A DNA stretch of 64,000 nt from an uncultured Planctomycetia bacterium (GTDB lineage Bacteria > Omnitrophota > Gorgyraeia > Duberdicusellales > 4484-171): assembly GCA_964489445.1 (NCBI GenBank), contig CAZAYU010000002.1, positions 141,020 to 205,019 on the forward strand, read 5' to 3'. This document shows positions 19,992-29,409 of the stretch, piece after piece. The first letter of the stretch is position 1. Each line of letters begins with the position of its first letter. Made by a program: the position numbers and the translations under genes. The notes beneath the pieces are model-generated. The model saw only the letters and a program-made list of their open reading frames with translations, searched no databases and was not told the DNA's origin.

Positions 19992-20648
19992 ATGGCAATA
20001 AATGTGATGTTGGTTGATGACCACCCGATTGTACTTCAGGGAATAGAATCAGTGTTGTCTCTAGAAGAAGATATTAAAGTAGTGGCTAAGGCGGCTAATG
20101 GAAGAGAAGCGGTTTCTTTGGTGGTAAAGCATAATCTTGATGTTGTGGTGATGGATATTTCACTTCCCGGATTAAATGGTTTGGAAGCTACCCAAAAAAT
20201 ATTAAAACAGAATAAGCATATTAAAGTGTTGATTCTAAGCATGCATGAAAATAGAGTATTTATTGAAAAAGCACTTAGCTATGGAGCTAAAGGGTATGTT
20301 CTAAAAGAGTCGGCATCTGAAGAGATTATTCAGGCAATTCGAGAAGTTTATAATGGTAGGTATTTTTTAAGTGCAAAAATATCTTCTTTTGTGATTAATG
20401 ATTTCATCGTGCAGAAACATAAAACCTTAAAACTAAGAAGTATTTCTATTTTAACTAATAGAGAAAGAGAAATCTTACAACTCATTGTCGAAGGAATGAG
20501 TAATAAAAAAATAGCGCAGAGCTTAAATATTTCCTTAAAAACTGCTTTGGTCCATCGTAATAATATTATGCATAAACTAGATATGCATAATGAGGCGCAA
20601 CTAGTAAGATTTGCCCTAGCTGAAGGTATTTCCGGACCCTTACCTTAG
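19992..20648 (+). CDS. NarL/LuxR-family response regulator (REC + HTH_LuxR)
   Basis: VMLVDDHPIV, the D54-region VVVMDISLPG, and C-terminal REREILQLIVEGMSNKKIAQSLNISLKTALVHRNNIMHKL were seen. Confidence 0.85.
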   Translation: MAINVMLVDDHPIVLQGIESVLSLEEDIKVVAKAANGREAVSLVVKHNLDVVVMDISLPGLNGLEATQKILKQNKHIKVLILSMHENRVFIEKALSYGAKGYVLKESASEEIIQAIREVYNGRYFLSAKISSFVINDFIVQKHKTLKLRSISILTNREREILQLIVEGMSNKKIAQSLNISLKTALVHRNNIMHKLDMHNEAQLVRFALAEGISGPLP

Positions 20649-20738
20649 AAACAATTATTGTAATTGGTTGTTCTACAGTAGTTTATCCGCATATTTATTA
20701 TATTTTCTGATATTTAAAGGAAATAAAAAAAATTTCAA

Positions 20739-20775
20739 AAATAAGCAGTTCTGCTTATTTACATTTTTTATTTTC
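20739..20775 (+). terminator. Perfect 10-bp inverted repeat (AAATAAGCAG-TT-CTGCTTATTT) followed by a T-run; terminator for the two-component operon and/or an operator
   Basis: The palindrome was read directly; downstream is ACATTTTTTATTTTCT. Confidence 0.45.
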
Positions 20776-20829
20776 TAGTATATATTACTTCTTCAATAAA
20801 TTATAATTATAAATCAAAGGAGGTGGGAG

Positions 20830-21150
20830 ATGATAATGAGAGGGCAAAAAAATAAGAAAAAGGTTGTGAAAAAAATAAAAAAGCCAGTGCTTAAAAAAGT
20901 TAAGTTTGTGTTTGATTCTTTCGAGGCAAACCAAGTTGCAGTTGCCGGTGATTTTAATGATTGGGACGCAGGTAGCTTACCGATGAGGAAAGACAGAAAG
21001 AAAATATGGGAAAAGGGAATCACATTGAAACCTGGACGCTATGAATATAAATTTGTTGTGGATGGTAATTGGACAAGTGATCCGAAAAATGACAATCGGA
21101 CTGTAAATAGCATGGGATCAGAAAATTCAGTTATTGAAGTAAAGAAATAA
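20830..21150 (+). CDS. Stand-alone glycogen-binding CBM48 (AMPK-beta GBD-like) protein with Lys-rich N-terminal tail
   Basis: VAGDFNDWDAGSLPMRKD...YEYKFVVDGNWTSDPKND...NSVIEVKK matches the AMPK-beta GBD consensus. The N-terminus KNKKKVVKKIKKPVLKKVK is strongly basic. A GGAGGTG RBS is present. Confidence 0.75.
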   Translation: MIMRGQKNKKKVVKKIKKPVLKKVKFVFDSFEANQVAVAGDFNDWDAGSLPMRKDRKKIWEKGITLKPGRYEYKFVVDGNWTSDPKNDNRTVNSMGSENSVIEVKK

Positions 21151-21169
21151 AATAGGTAAAAAACAATTT

Positions 21170-22330
21170 ATGCGGATTGCATTTTTTTCTTGGGAGTCTG
21201 TCCATTCGGTAGCTGTAGGAGGAGTAGCGTTGCATGTTACGGAATTAGCATGTGCACTAGAACGAAAAGGGCATGAAGTCCATATTTTTACGCGATTAGG
21301 CAATTCTTCGCAGCCTTGGTGTGAAAAAATTCACGGAGTCTACTATCATCGCTGCTCGTTTGCCTCTAATTATGATTTTGTTGAAGAAGTAAATAATATG
21401 TGTCGGGCTTTTGTTAGCGTGTTTTTAGATACCGAAAATCACATAGGTCGTTTTGATATTATACACGCACATGATTGGCTAGCTTCTAACGCGGTAGTTT
21501 GGATTAAAGAGGCAAGGAACCATAAATCTGTTTTAACAGTGCATTCTACTGAATACGGAAGGTGCGGAAATAATTTTTTCGGTGGTAATTCGGCAAGAGT
21601 TCGCGATCATGAACGTCATGGAACATTTTGTGCTGATAAAGTCATTACAGTATCTAATGCTCTAAAAAATGAAATAATGTGGATGTATAATACTCCGGAA
21701 TGGAAAACTTTTTCGATTTATAATGGGGTAAATTATTGTAATTATGATGGATGGATAGACTCAGATAGTGTACGAAATTATTATGATATTTCTCCTATGG
21801 ATCCTTTGGTCTTGTTTGTGGGAAGAATGGTATACCAAAAAGGTCCGGATCTATTAGTAGAAGCTATACCGCATATCTTGAAATACCACAATAATGCCAA
21901 GTTTGTATTCGTTGGAGATGGTGAAATGCGCTGGGGCGTTGAAGAACAGGCAAGGCATTTAGGTGTCAGCCATGCTACCCGGTTTTTAGGCCATCATAAT
22001 GGCTGGAAGTTAGTCGATCTTTATAAAGCAGCAGATGTAGTTTGTGTGCCGAGTCGGAATGAACCGTTCGGAATTGTTATTTTAGAAGCTTGGAGCGCGG
22101 GAAAACCGGTAGTTGCTAGCATGAATGGAGGTCCAGGGGAAATTATTTGGCACGAAATTAACGGGCTTAAAATTTGGCCTAATTCTGATTCAATTGCTTG
22201 GGGACTTGGAACTCTTTTTGAAGATTTTGAACATGCTCGTTGGATGGGGAAAAACGGAAGAATTGCCGTAGAAACCGCATTTTCCTGGGACGCGATAGCC
22301 GATCAAACTTTGGCAGCTTATGTAAGCTAA
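21170..22330 (+). CDS. GT4/GT1-group glycosyltransferase, putative alpha-glucan (glycogen) synthase
   Basis: The N-terminus reads MRIAFFSWE...VGGVA, and the C-terminal E-x7-E region reads VPSRNEPFGIVILEAWSAGKPVV. The call is supported by its position inside the glycogen cluster. Confidence 0.55.
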   Translation: MRIAFFSWESVHSVAVGGVALHVTELACALERKGHEVHIFTRLGNSSQPWCEKIHGVYYHRCSFASNYDFVEEVNNMCRAFVSVFLDTENHIGRFDIIHAHDWLASNAVVWIKEARNHKSVLTVHSTEYGRCGNNFFGGNSARVRDHERHGTFCADKVITVSNALKNEIMWMYNTPEWKTFSIYNGVNYCNYDGWIDSDSVRNYYDISPMDPLVLFVGRMVYQKGPDLLVEAIPHILKYHNNAKFVFVGDGEMRWGVEEQARHLGVSHATRFLGHHNGWKLVDLYKAADVVCVPSRNEPFGIVILEAWSAGKPVVASMNGGPGEIIWHEINGLKIWPNSDSIAWGLGTLFEDFEHARWMGKNGRIAVETAFSWDAIADQTLAAYVS

Positions 22331-22356
22331 CTATTTTTGTTAGCCAAAAAAAAATT

Positions 22357-23673
22357 ATGGCTCAAAAGAGAAAAGTGATAAAAAGAGTTTACGAAAAAGG
22401 ACGGGAGATGACTCTTTCAGCGAAGAAAAGAGTATTAACAAAAAACCAGGTTGTTTCCAAAACAAAAACAGCCAAGAAGATTTCTCCGAAAAATATAAAG
22501 CCAAGGGCACCGATTAAAGTTGGTGCAGGGCAAGTAAGTGACAATCAGCATCTTCTTAATACCGGGGTTGACCAGTATTCGGAAAAGAGTTTTTTCCCAG
22601 AAAATGATTATCTTCCTTCTAACTATGGAATAACTCGTTGTGTTCTTTTGGTAAGAGATCCTTATTGGGTTTATGCTTATTGGGAAGTTGAAGAAGGACA
22701 TATTGATAAAATTAAAAGAAATATTTCTGAAAGTCAGGTTGCTACTGCAAAGTTTGTATTGCGTATTTATGATGTTAGTTTGGTTGACTTTAATGGGATA
22801 AATGCCAATTTTTTCTTCGATATTGAACCGAATATATTCACTAACAGTTGGCATATTAAGCTTTTTCATGATGGAGGTTCATTCGTTGGTGAGATAGGGC
22901 TAAGAACTTCTGATGGGAGATTCTTTGCGCTAAGCCGGTCTAATTATGTGCAGACTCCTCGGGTTAGTTATTCATCTCGATCTGAGCAAATTTGGATGGA
23001 AGTTACTGATGATGACCATTCTGCGCCTTTTGTTCTTCCCAAAAAAGTTAATACTGTCTTAAACGATAAAAAAAAATCTGTTCAAAATATTAAATCTTAC
23101 GCAAACCCACCTAAACGGAAAAGACTCTATATTACTGAAGAAGAGATAAGAAGATATTATTCTCGGTTGAACCCTTTGTTAAAGGATATTATTGAATCTC
23201 GGCTTGAATCTTTCTATACTAATAAAACTAAAAAATATTCTGTAGTTATTGAAGGAATATCTGAACAAGATCGTCAGGCGATGCTTTCTCGATTGCCCAA
23301 GGGTTATTTTGTTAAAGAAGTACTATTAGGCGCATCAGAAAACTTAGTTGTGCTTGGTGAAGGAGCCAGCGAAAAACAAATTTCTAGTGATTCAACATCT
23401 AGCAACTTTGTTGTGGAAAAAATTAAATCCCGGAACTTTTTCTTTGAGCTAAATACGGAATTAATTGTTTATGGACGAACAGAACCGGACGCTGAAGTTT
23501 GGTTAGCTGACAAACGTGTTCCTCTACGTAGTGATGGGACTTTTAGCCTAAGATTTGCCTTGCCGGATGGAAATATTCCTCTAGAGTTTAAAGCGATATC
23601 CAACGATAAGCTTGATTGTAAAAGAATAAATACCTATGTAGATCGTCACACCAACCATGAGCAGAAAAGATAA
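22357..23673 (+). CDS. DUF4912-family protein (unknown function, recurrently linked to GH57 glycogen loci)
   Basis: The DPYWVYAYWEV motif is present. It has a basic N-terminus and is 438 aa from the first ATG after the upstream stop. Confidence 0.55.
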   Translation: MAQKRKVIKRVYEKGREMTLSAKKRVLTKNQVVSKTKTAKKISPKNIKPRAPIKVGAGQVSDNQHLLNTGVDQYSEKSFFPENDYLPSNYGITRCVLLVRDPYWVYAYWEVEEGHIDKIKRNISESQVATAKFVLRIYDVSLVDFNGINANFFFDIEPNIFTNSWHIKLFHDGGSFVGEIGLRTSDGRFFALSRSNYVQTPRVSYSSRSEQIWMEVTDDDHSAPFVLPKKVNTVLNDKKKSVQNIKSYANPPKRKRLYITEEEIRRYYSRLNPLLKDIIESRLESFYTNKTKKYSVVIEGISEQDRQAMLSRLPKGYFVKEVLLGASENLVVLGEGASEKQISSDSTSSNFVVEKIKSRNFFFELNTELIVYGRTEPDAEVWLADKRVPLRSDGTFSLRFALPDGNIPLEFKAISNDKLDCKRINTYVDRHTNHEQKR

Positions 23674-25351
23674 TAATCACAAAGGGTATCTGTGTTTAAT
23701 GCTTCATGCTCATCTTCCGTTTGTTCGCCATCCGGAAAATGAGTATTATTTAGAAGAAAACTGGCTATATGAAGCTATTACTGAAACATATATTCCTTTA
23801 ATCCAGGCCTTTGAGCGTTTGGTTAACGACGGAGTGGATTTTCGCATTACAATGTCGGTGACTCCCACGTTAGCTTCTATGCTTCAGGATTCTCTTTTGC
23901 AGGATAGATATCTTCGGCACATTAACAAGCTGTTAGAGTTATCCGACAAGGAAGTAGAGAGAACTGGGTATCATACAAGTTTTCACGGTTTGGCTTTAAT
24001 GTACAGAAGAAAATTTACCGAAGCTAAGAAATTGTTTGTTGACCAATACGGAAAAAACTTAATTTCTGCATTTAAAAAATTTCAAGATATGGGTTATTTG
24101 GAAATAATTGGTTCTTGCGCGACCCATGGTTTTTTACCGTTATTAAATATAAACCCTTCCGATGTTCGAGGGCAAATACATATTGGGGTGGAGAATTATA
24201 CTAAAACATTTGGTCGTCCTCCTAGAGGTTTTTGGCTTCCGGAGTGTGGATATTATCCCGGCGTTGACAAAGTGTTAAAAGAAGCAGGAATAAGATATTT
24301 CTTTGTAGACTCTCACAGCATCATTAATGCTGACCCAATGCCTCGGTATAGTGTTCATGCACCTCTTTATTGTCCTTCAGGTGTAGCTGCATTTGGTCGT
24401 GACTGGGAGTCGTCAAAACAAGTTTGGAGTTCTAAAGAAGGTTATCCTGGTGACGCTGACTATCGGGAATACTACAAAGATATTGGATATGAGCTAGATT
24501 TTGACTATATAAAAGATTACATTCACCCTGACGGAATCAGAGTTAATACTGGCATGAAATACTGGCGGATAACCGGTGAAACAGGTTATAAAGAGCCGTA
24601 TGTTCCTGATTGGGCCAGAGAAAAAGCAGCAATGCATGCAGGAAATTTTATGTTTAACCGGGGGAAGCAGATAGAACATATAGCTTATCATATGGACAGG
24701 AAACCAATAGTTGTTGCCCCTTATGATGCAGAGCTTTTTGGTCATTGGTGGTATGAAGGTCCGATGTGGATAGAGTTTCTAGCTCGAAAAATATTTTATG
24801 ATCAAGAAATAGTTAAGATGGTTACCCCTAGTGAATATCTTCGTGAATATCCGGTCAATCAAGTAGCGCTGCCTTCAGCTTCTAGCTGGGGGCATAAAGG
24901 ATATAATGAATTTTGGGTAGAGGGAAGTAATGACTGGATTTATCGACATATTCATGAAGCAGGGGTACGAATGAAAGAAATGGCTGATAAATTTTCTTAT
25001 TTGTTTGGCAAGTCCTACAAAACAAGCATTTATCGCCGGGCTTTAAATCAAGCTGCTAGAGAGTTAGTGCTGGTTCAGTCGAGTGATTGGCCATTTATCA
25101 TGAGAACCGGAACCATGGTTCCTTATGCCCATCGCCGGGCAAAAACTCACATAAATAGATTTTTACGCATTTATAAACAGGTAATGAATCAATGTGTTGA
25201 TGAAGCGTGGTTGACAGAGGTAGAAAAAAAAGATAATATATTTTTAAATATAGATTGTGGAAAATATTATATTTCCGAAAGTGCTACACCTAAGTGTTCG
25301 CTTATTAAAAAAAAGAAAAGGAGTGGAAAGAAAATAAAATGCAGAACATAA
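23657..25351 (+). CDS. GH57-type 1,4-alpha-glucan branching enzyme
   Basis: LHAHLPFVRHPE...ENWLYEAITETYIPL, WLPECGY and ELFGHWW were seen (GH57 branching-enzyme signatures). It is 564 aa. Confidence 0.75.
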   Translation: MSRKDNNHKGYLCLMLHAHLPFVRHPENEYYLEENWLYEAITETYIPLIQAFERLVNDGVDFRITMSVTPTLASMLQDSLLQDRYLRHINKLLELSDKEVERTGYHTSFHGLALMYRRKFTEAKKLFVDQYGKNLISAFKKFQDMGYLEIIGSCATHGFLPLLNINPSDVRGQIHIGVENYTKTFGRPPRGFWLPECGYYPGVDKVLKEAGIRYFFVDSHSIINADPMPRYSVHAPLYCPSGVAAFGRDWESSKQVWSSKEGYPGDADYREYYKDIGYELDFDYIKDYIHPDGIRVNTGMKYWRITGETGYKEPYVPDWAREKAAMHAGNFMFNRGKQIEHIAYHMDRKPIVVAPYDAELFGHWWYEGPMWIEFLARKIFYDQEIVKMVTPSEYLREYPVNQVALPSASSWGHKGYNEFWVEGSNDWIYRHIHEAGVRMKEMADKFSYLFGKSYKTSIYRRALNQAARELVLVQSSDWPFIMRTGTMVPYAHRRAKTHINRFLRIYKQVMNQCVDEAWLTEVEKKDNIFLNIDCGKYYISESATPKCSLIKKKKRSGKKIKCRT

Positions 25352-26778
25352 TTGATGACCTACCGGTAATATGTAGTAAAGAAAAAACCAGTAGCAAGCT
25401 TGGCTTGTTTAAAAAAGACATCTATTCTTCTGTTTCTGATATTTATTTTGATAGGGTTCGTTCTTCTTTCGGAATTGCATTGCATATGCACCAGCCGACA
25501 ATTCTTTCTAATCCGGATGACTTACAAAATTCGTTTTTTATTAGTAATATTCAAAGCATGTTAGAGCATCAGGGTGTTGGTGATAATCATAATGCGCCTG
25601 TATTTATGCAGTGCTATCGGCGGATATCGCAATTTATTCGGGACCTTGTGAATACAGGATGTAGTCCTCGGGTTATGCTTGATTATTCAGGAAATTTACT
25701 TTGGGGGCTAAGCCAAGTAGAAAATGGTGAGGTGCTAGAAGATCTAAAACTGGTTACTAAAAATAAAAAATATTATCATAATGTTGAGTGGCTGGGAACA
25801 ATGTGGTCACACGCTGTGGTTCCTTCAACGCCTGTGCCGGATATTGCGCTTCATATAAAGGCATGGCAGAATCAATTTTCAGCTATTTTTGGAAAAGAGG
25901 CTTTATCTAGGGTTAAAGGTTTTTCACCTCCAGAAATGCATTTACCAATTCATCCGGATATTTGCTATCATTATGTAAAAACATTAAAAGAATGCGGGTA
26001 TCAATGGTTAATGGTTCAGGAGCATACAATTGAAAACTTGGATGGTTCTTCAATACAACGGCCGCATTTTCCACATAAGCTTGTTGCTAAAAATTCTCTA
26101 GGACAAACCGAAGAGATAAGCATTTTAATTAAAACGCAAGGGTCAGATACAAAATTAGTTGCTCAGATGCAACCTTATTACGAAGCCCAATCTCTCCAGA
26201 GGCAGGATTATCAAGGTAAAAACGTACCGCCGTTTGTTTTGCAAATAAGCGATGGAGAAAACGGGGGCGTGATGATGAATGAATTTCCTTCCAAATATTT
26301 AAGTGTAATGAAAGAGGTAGGCTCTAACGGGGTGTTTGCGCTTAATGGTTCGGAATATTTAGAATTTATTAAAAAAAGCGGTCTTAAAGAAAAAGATTTT
26401 ATTCCGGTTCAATCTGTATCTCAAAGTAAAATTTGGGAATTCATTGGCAACTATGGTCCAAAAGCAGTTGACCAGGCAATTGATGAAGCTCGAAAGAAAT
26501 ACGGAGGATTTAATTTGGATAAAGGTTCTTGGACTAGCGACAAAGATTGGGTTAAGGGCTATGAGGATGTTTTAGATCCTATAAATAAGTTAAGTGTGGA
26601 ATTTCATCGGTATTTTGATGGTAAAAAAAATAATCAATCTTCTTCAGCATATCAAGAAGCACTGCTCTATTTATTGCTTTCTCAGACAAGTTGCTTTCGT
26701 TATTGGGGATCTGGCTTGTGGACTGAATATGCGAAAGAAATTTGTCGTAGAGGATTTGCCATACTTAAAAAATCATAA
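25339..26778 (+). CDS. Glycoside hydrolase family 57 protein (third paralog)
   Basis: It has the ALHMHQPT GH57 region-I motif and is 479 aa. Confidence 0.5.
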   Translation: MQNIIDDLPVICSKEKTSSKLGLFKKDIYSSVSDIYFDRVRSSFGIALHMHQPTILSNPDDLQNSFFISNIQSMLEHQGVGDNHNAPVFMQCYRRISQFIRDLVNTGCSPRVMLDYSGNLLWGLSQVENGEVLEDLKLVTKNKKYYHNVEWLGTMWSHAVVPSTPVPDIALHIKAWQNQFSAIFGKEALSRVKGFSPPEMHLPIHPDICYHYVKTLKECGYQWLMVQEHTIENLDGSSIQRPHFPHKLVAKNSLGQTEEISILIKTQGSDTKLVAQMQPYYEAQSLQRQDYQGKNVPPFVLQISDGENGGVMMNEFPSKYLSVMKEVGSNGVFALNGSEYLEFIKKSGLKEKDFIPVQSVSQSKIWEFIGNYGPKAVDQAIDEARKKYGGFNLDKGSWTSDKDWVKGYEDVLDPINKLSVEFHRYFDGKKNNQSSSAYQEALLYLLLSQTSCFRYWGSGLWTEYAKEICRRGFAILKKS

Positions 26779-26846
26779 GTTTTTACAATAGCAGTACGTG
26801 TGTAAGGACAGTATTTATTGATTATTATACCTAACACTTTAACACA

Positions 26847-29324
26847 ATGAAGCAATATAAAAATGCTCCAAAATACAGAATTTCCCGAGTAGGAATGGAC
26901 AAAAAAAGTATCCGAAAGTCGTTCAAGAATAATCTTTTGTGTACTTTGGCCAAAGATAAATTTACAGCGACATATCGTGATAATTTTATGGCTTTAGCGA
27001 TTGCTATCAGAGATCGGCTGGCAAAACGTTGGATTGCGACTCAGCAGAGGTATCATCGAAAAAATAAAAAAAGAGTATACTACCTCTCAATGGAGTTTTT
27101 AATTGGCCGCCTTTTAGGGAATAATCTCCTAAATTTAGGAATTTGGGATGAGGCTGAGGAAGTTTTAAATGAGCTAGGGCTTGATTTTGAAGAAGTACGG
27201 AAGCAGGAAACAGATGCTGGGCTAGGAAATGGCGGGTTAGGAAGGTTGGCGGCTTGTTTTCTAGATTCTCTGGCAACCTTAAATATACCTGCACATGGGT
27301 ATGGTATTCGATATGATTACGGAATGTTTCATCAGAAAATTAAAGATGGACGTCAAATTGAACTTCCGGATGAATGGCTTAAGTTTGGATATCCTTGGGA
27401 GTTTGAGAGGCCGGAGTATAACGTAAGGATACAATTTTATGGCAACATTGAATTCTCTGATTCTGAAAACGGAGGAAAAAATATTAAGTGGGTAAATACT
27501 GATGATGTTTTGGCGATTCCTTATGATGTTCCTGTGTCCGGGTACAAAAATAATATTGTAAATACGCTTCGCCTTTGGTCAGCAAGGGGCACAGAAGAGT
27601 TTGATTTTAACTATTTTAATCATGGTGATTACGGAAAAGCGGTAGAAGATAAGATTTTTTCTGAAAATATTTCAAAAATACTATATCCTGACGACAGCAT
27701 GAGCAGGGGCAAGGAGCTAAGGCTAAAACAAGAGTATTTTTTTACTGCAGCTTCCTTAGCGGATATTATTCGAAGATTTAAAGAAGAAAATTCTGATTTA
27801 AGGAATTTACCAAAAAAAGCGGTCATCCAACTTAATGATACTCATCCGGCTTTGGCGATTCCGGAGTTAATGAGAATATTAATTGATCAGGAGAATTTGA
27901 CTTGGGATGTTGCATGGAAGATATGCTCCAAGACTTTTGCGTATACCAACCATACAATTATGCCTGAAGCTCTAGAAAGTTGGTCGGTAATATTGTTTGA
28001 AAAAGTTCTTCCTCGCCATTTACAGATAATTTATGAGATTAATTTTAAATTTCTCAAATATGTGGCAAAGCAATTTCCCCAAGACGAAAGTAAATTAGGA
28101 AGAGTATCGATTATTGAAGAGGGAGAAGTGAAAAATGTATGCATGGCTCATTTATGTATAGTAGGTAGTTATTCTGTAAACGGAGTTTCAGAAATTCATA
28201 CCAGTTTGCTAAAGACTAGGGTATTCAAAGATTTTTATGATATTTTCCCCAATAAATTTAATAATAAAACTAATGGAGTAACTCACAGAAGGTGGCTTTT
28301 GAAATCAAACCATGGTTTATCTGCTTTGATTACAGATACTATCGGAGACAGTTGGATTACCAATCTTAATCATTTAAAAAAGCTACTTCCTTACAAAGAT
28401 GACTGTAATTTTCAGAAAGAATGGTCTAAAGTAAAGAAAGCTAACAAGAAGATTTTAGCTGAACACATCAAAAATACTCAAGGAATTATTGTGAATCCGG
28501 AATCATTATTTGATGTACATATTAAGCGAATTCATGAGTATAAACGGCAGGTGTTGTTTGGGCTGTATATTATTTCTGAATATCTAAGTGCAACCCGAAA
28601 AATAAAAAAAGATATTCTGCCCCGAACTTTTTTATTGGCTGGAAAAGCAGCTCCAGGGTATTTTATGGCTAAGCTAATTATTAAATTTATTAATAATATT
28701 GCGAGAACAATTAACAATGATAAAAGTGTTAAGAATTTATTTAAGGTAGTCTTTTTAGAAAATTATCGCGTTTCCTTAGCAGAAAAAATATTTCCGGCTA
28801 GTGATTTATCAGAGCAAATATCTACTGCTGGAACAGAGGCATCTGGTACTGGATGTATGAAATTTATGCTTAATGGTGCCTTGACGATTGGTACTCTAGA
28901 TGGAGCGAATATTGAAATGGCCCAGGAATGCGGTGCAGAAAACATATTTATGTTTGGGCTAAGCGCAGAAAAGATTTCACAATTAAAGAATGAAGGATAC
29001 AATCCTAACCAATATATTGAGAAATATCCGTTGTTGAAGGAAATTATTAATCTAATTCGTAGCGATTTCTTTTCTCCTAGCGAACGTGGAATTTTTGAAC
29101 CTATTATTCAGTCGTTAATAACGCAGGATCCGTTTTTTGTCTGTGCTGACTTTAGTGCTTATCTTGAAGCGCAGAATAAAGCCACAAAATCATATTGTGC
29201 TAAGCCTGGCTGGATTTCCAAGTCAATAGTTAATACTGCTACCTCTGGAAAGTTTTCTAGTGATCGGACTATTCAAGAATATGCAACGCAAATTTGGCAT
29301 GCACCTTTCAAGCCGAGCGAGTAA
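26847..29324 (+). CDS. glgP: Glycogen/alpha-glucan phosphorylase (GT35)
   Basis: EFLIGRLLGNN, the LGNGGLGRLAACFLDS GT35 signature, and the PLP site EASGTGCMKFMLNGALTIGTLDGANIEM were seen. It is 825 aa. Confidence 0.9.
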   Translation: MKQYKNAPKYRISRVGMDKKSIRKSFKNNLLCTLAKDKFTATYRDNFMALAIAIRDRLAKRWIATQQRYHRKNKKRVYYLSMEFLIGRLLGNNLLNLGIWDEAEEVLNELGLDFEEVRKQETDAGLGNGGLGRLAACFLDSLATLNIPAHGYGIRYDYGMFHQKIKDGRQIELPDEWLKFGYPWEFERPEYNVRIQFYGNIEFSDSENGGKNIKWVNTDDVLAIPYDVPVSGYKNNIVNTLRLWSARGTEEFDFNYFNHGDYGKAVEDKIFSENISKILYPDDSMSRGKELRLKQEYFFTAASLADIIRRFKEENSDLRNLPKKAVIQLNDTHPALAIPELMRILIDQENLTWDVAWKICSKTFAYTNHTIMPEALESWSVILFEKVLPRHLQIIYEINFKFLKYVAKQFPQDESKLGRVSIIEEGEVKNVCMAHLCIVGSYSVNGVSEIHTSLLKTRVFKDFYDIFPNKFNNKTNGVTHRRWLLKSNHGLSALITDTIGDSWITNLNHLKKLLPYKDDCNFQKEWSKVKKANKKILAEHIKNTQGIIVNPESLFDVHIKRIHEYKRQVLFGLYIISEYLSATRKIKKDILPRTFLLAGKAAPGYFMAKLIIKFINNIARTINNDKSVKNLFKVVFLENYRVSLAEKIFPASDLSEQISTAGTEASGTGCMKFMLNGALTIGTLDGANIEMAQECGAENIFMFGLSAEKISQLKNEGYNPNQYIEKYPLLKEIINLIRSDFFSPSERGIFEPIIQSLITQDPFFVCADFSAYLEAQNKATKSYCAKPGWISKSIVNTATSGKFSSDRTIQEYATQIWHAPFKPSE

Positions 29325-29352
29325 GCTTTACTTATTCGCCGCTAATCTTTTA
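29317..29352 (+). terminator. Hairpin overlapping the glgP stop (GCGAGTAAG-CTTTA-CTTATTCGC), T-containing tail
   Basis: It was read directly: a 9-bp stem with one mismatch. Confidence 0.3.
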
Positions 29353-29409
29353 GTTGAAAATCACTTTAAAAAGAGGTAGTATTTATTTATCTAAAAGGTA
29401 AAAATAAAA

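Noticed and set aside
22240-22356. ORF-track start of the DUF4912 gene at 22240, which overlaps the GT4 gene by 90 nt
   Set aside because: The first 39 codons are simply the alternative frame of the GT4 3' end. The ATG at 22357 lies directly after the GT4 stop and is the more plausible start.
22435-22869. 144-aa minus-strand ORF inside the DUF4912 gene
   Set aside because: It is antisense to a plus-strand gene with a conserved motif, and its AT-rich-derived translation has no features.
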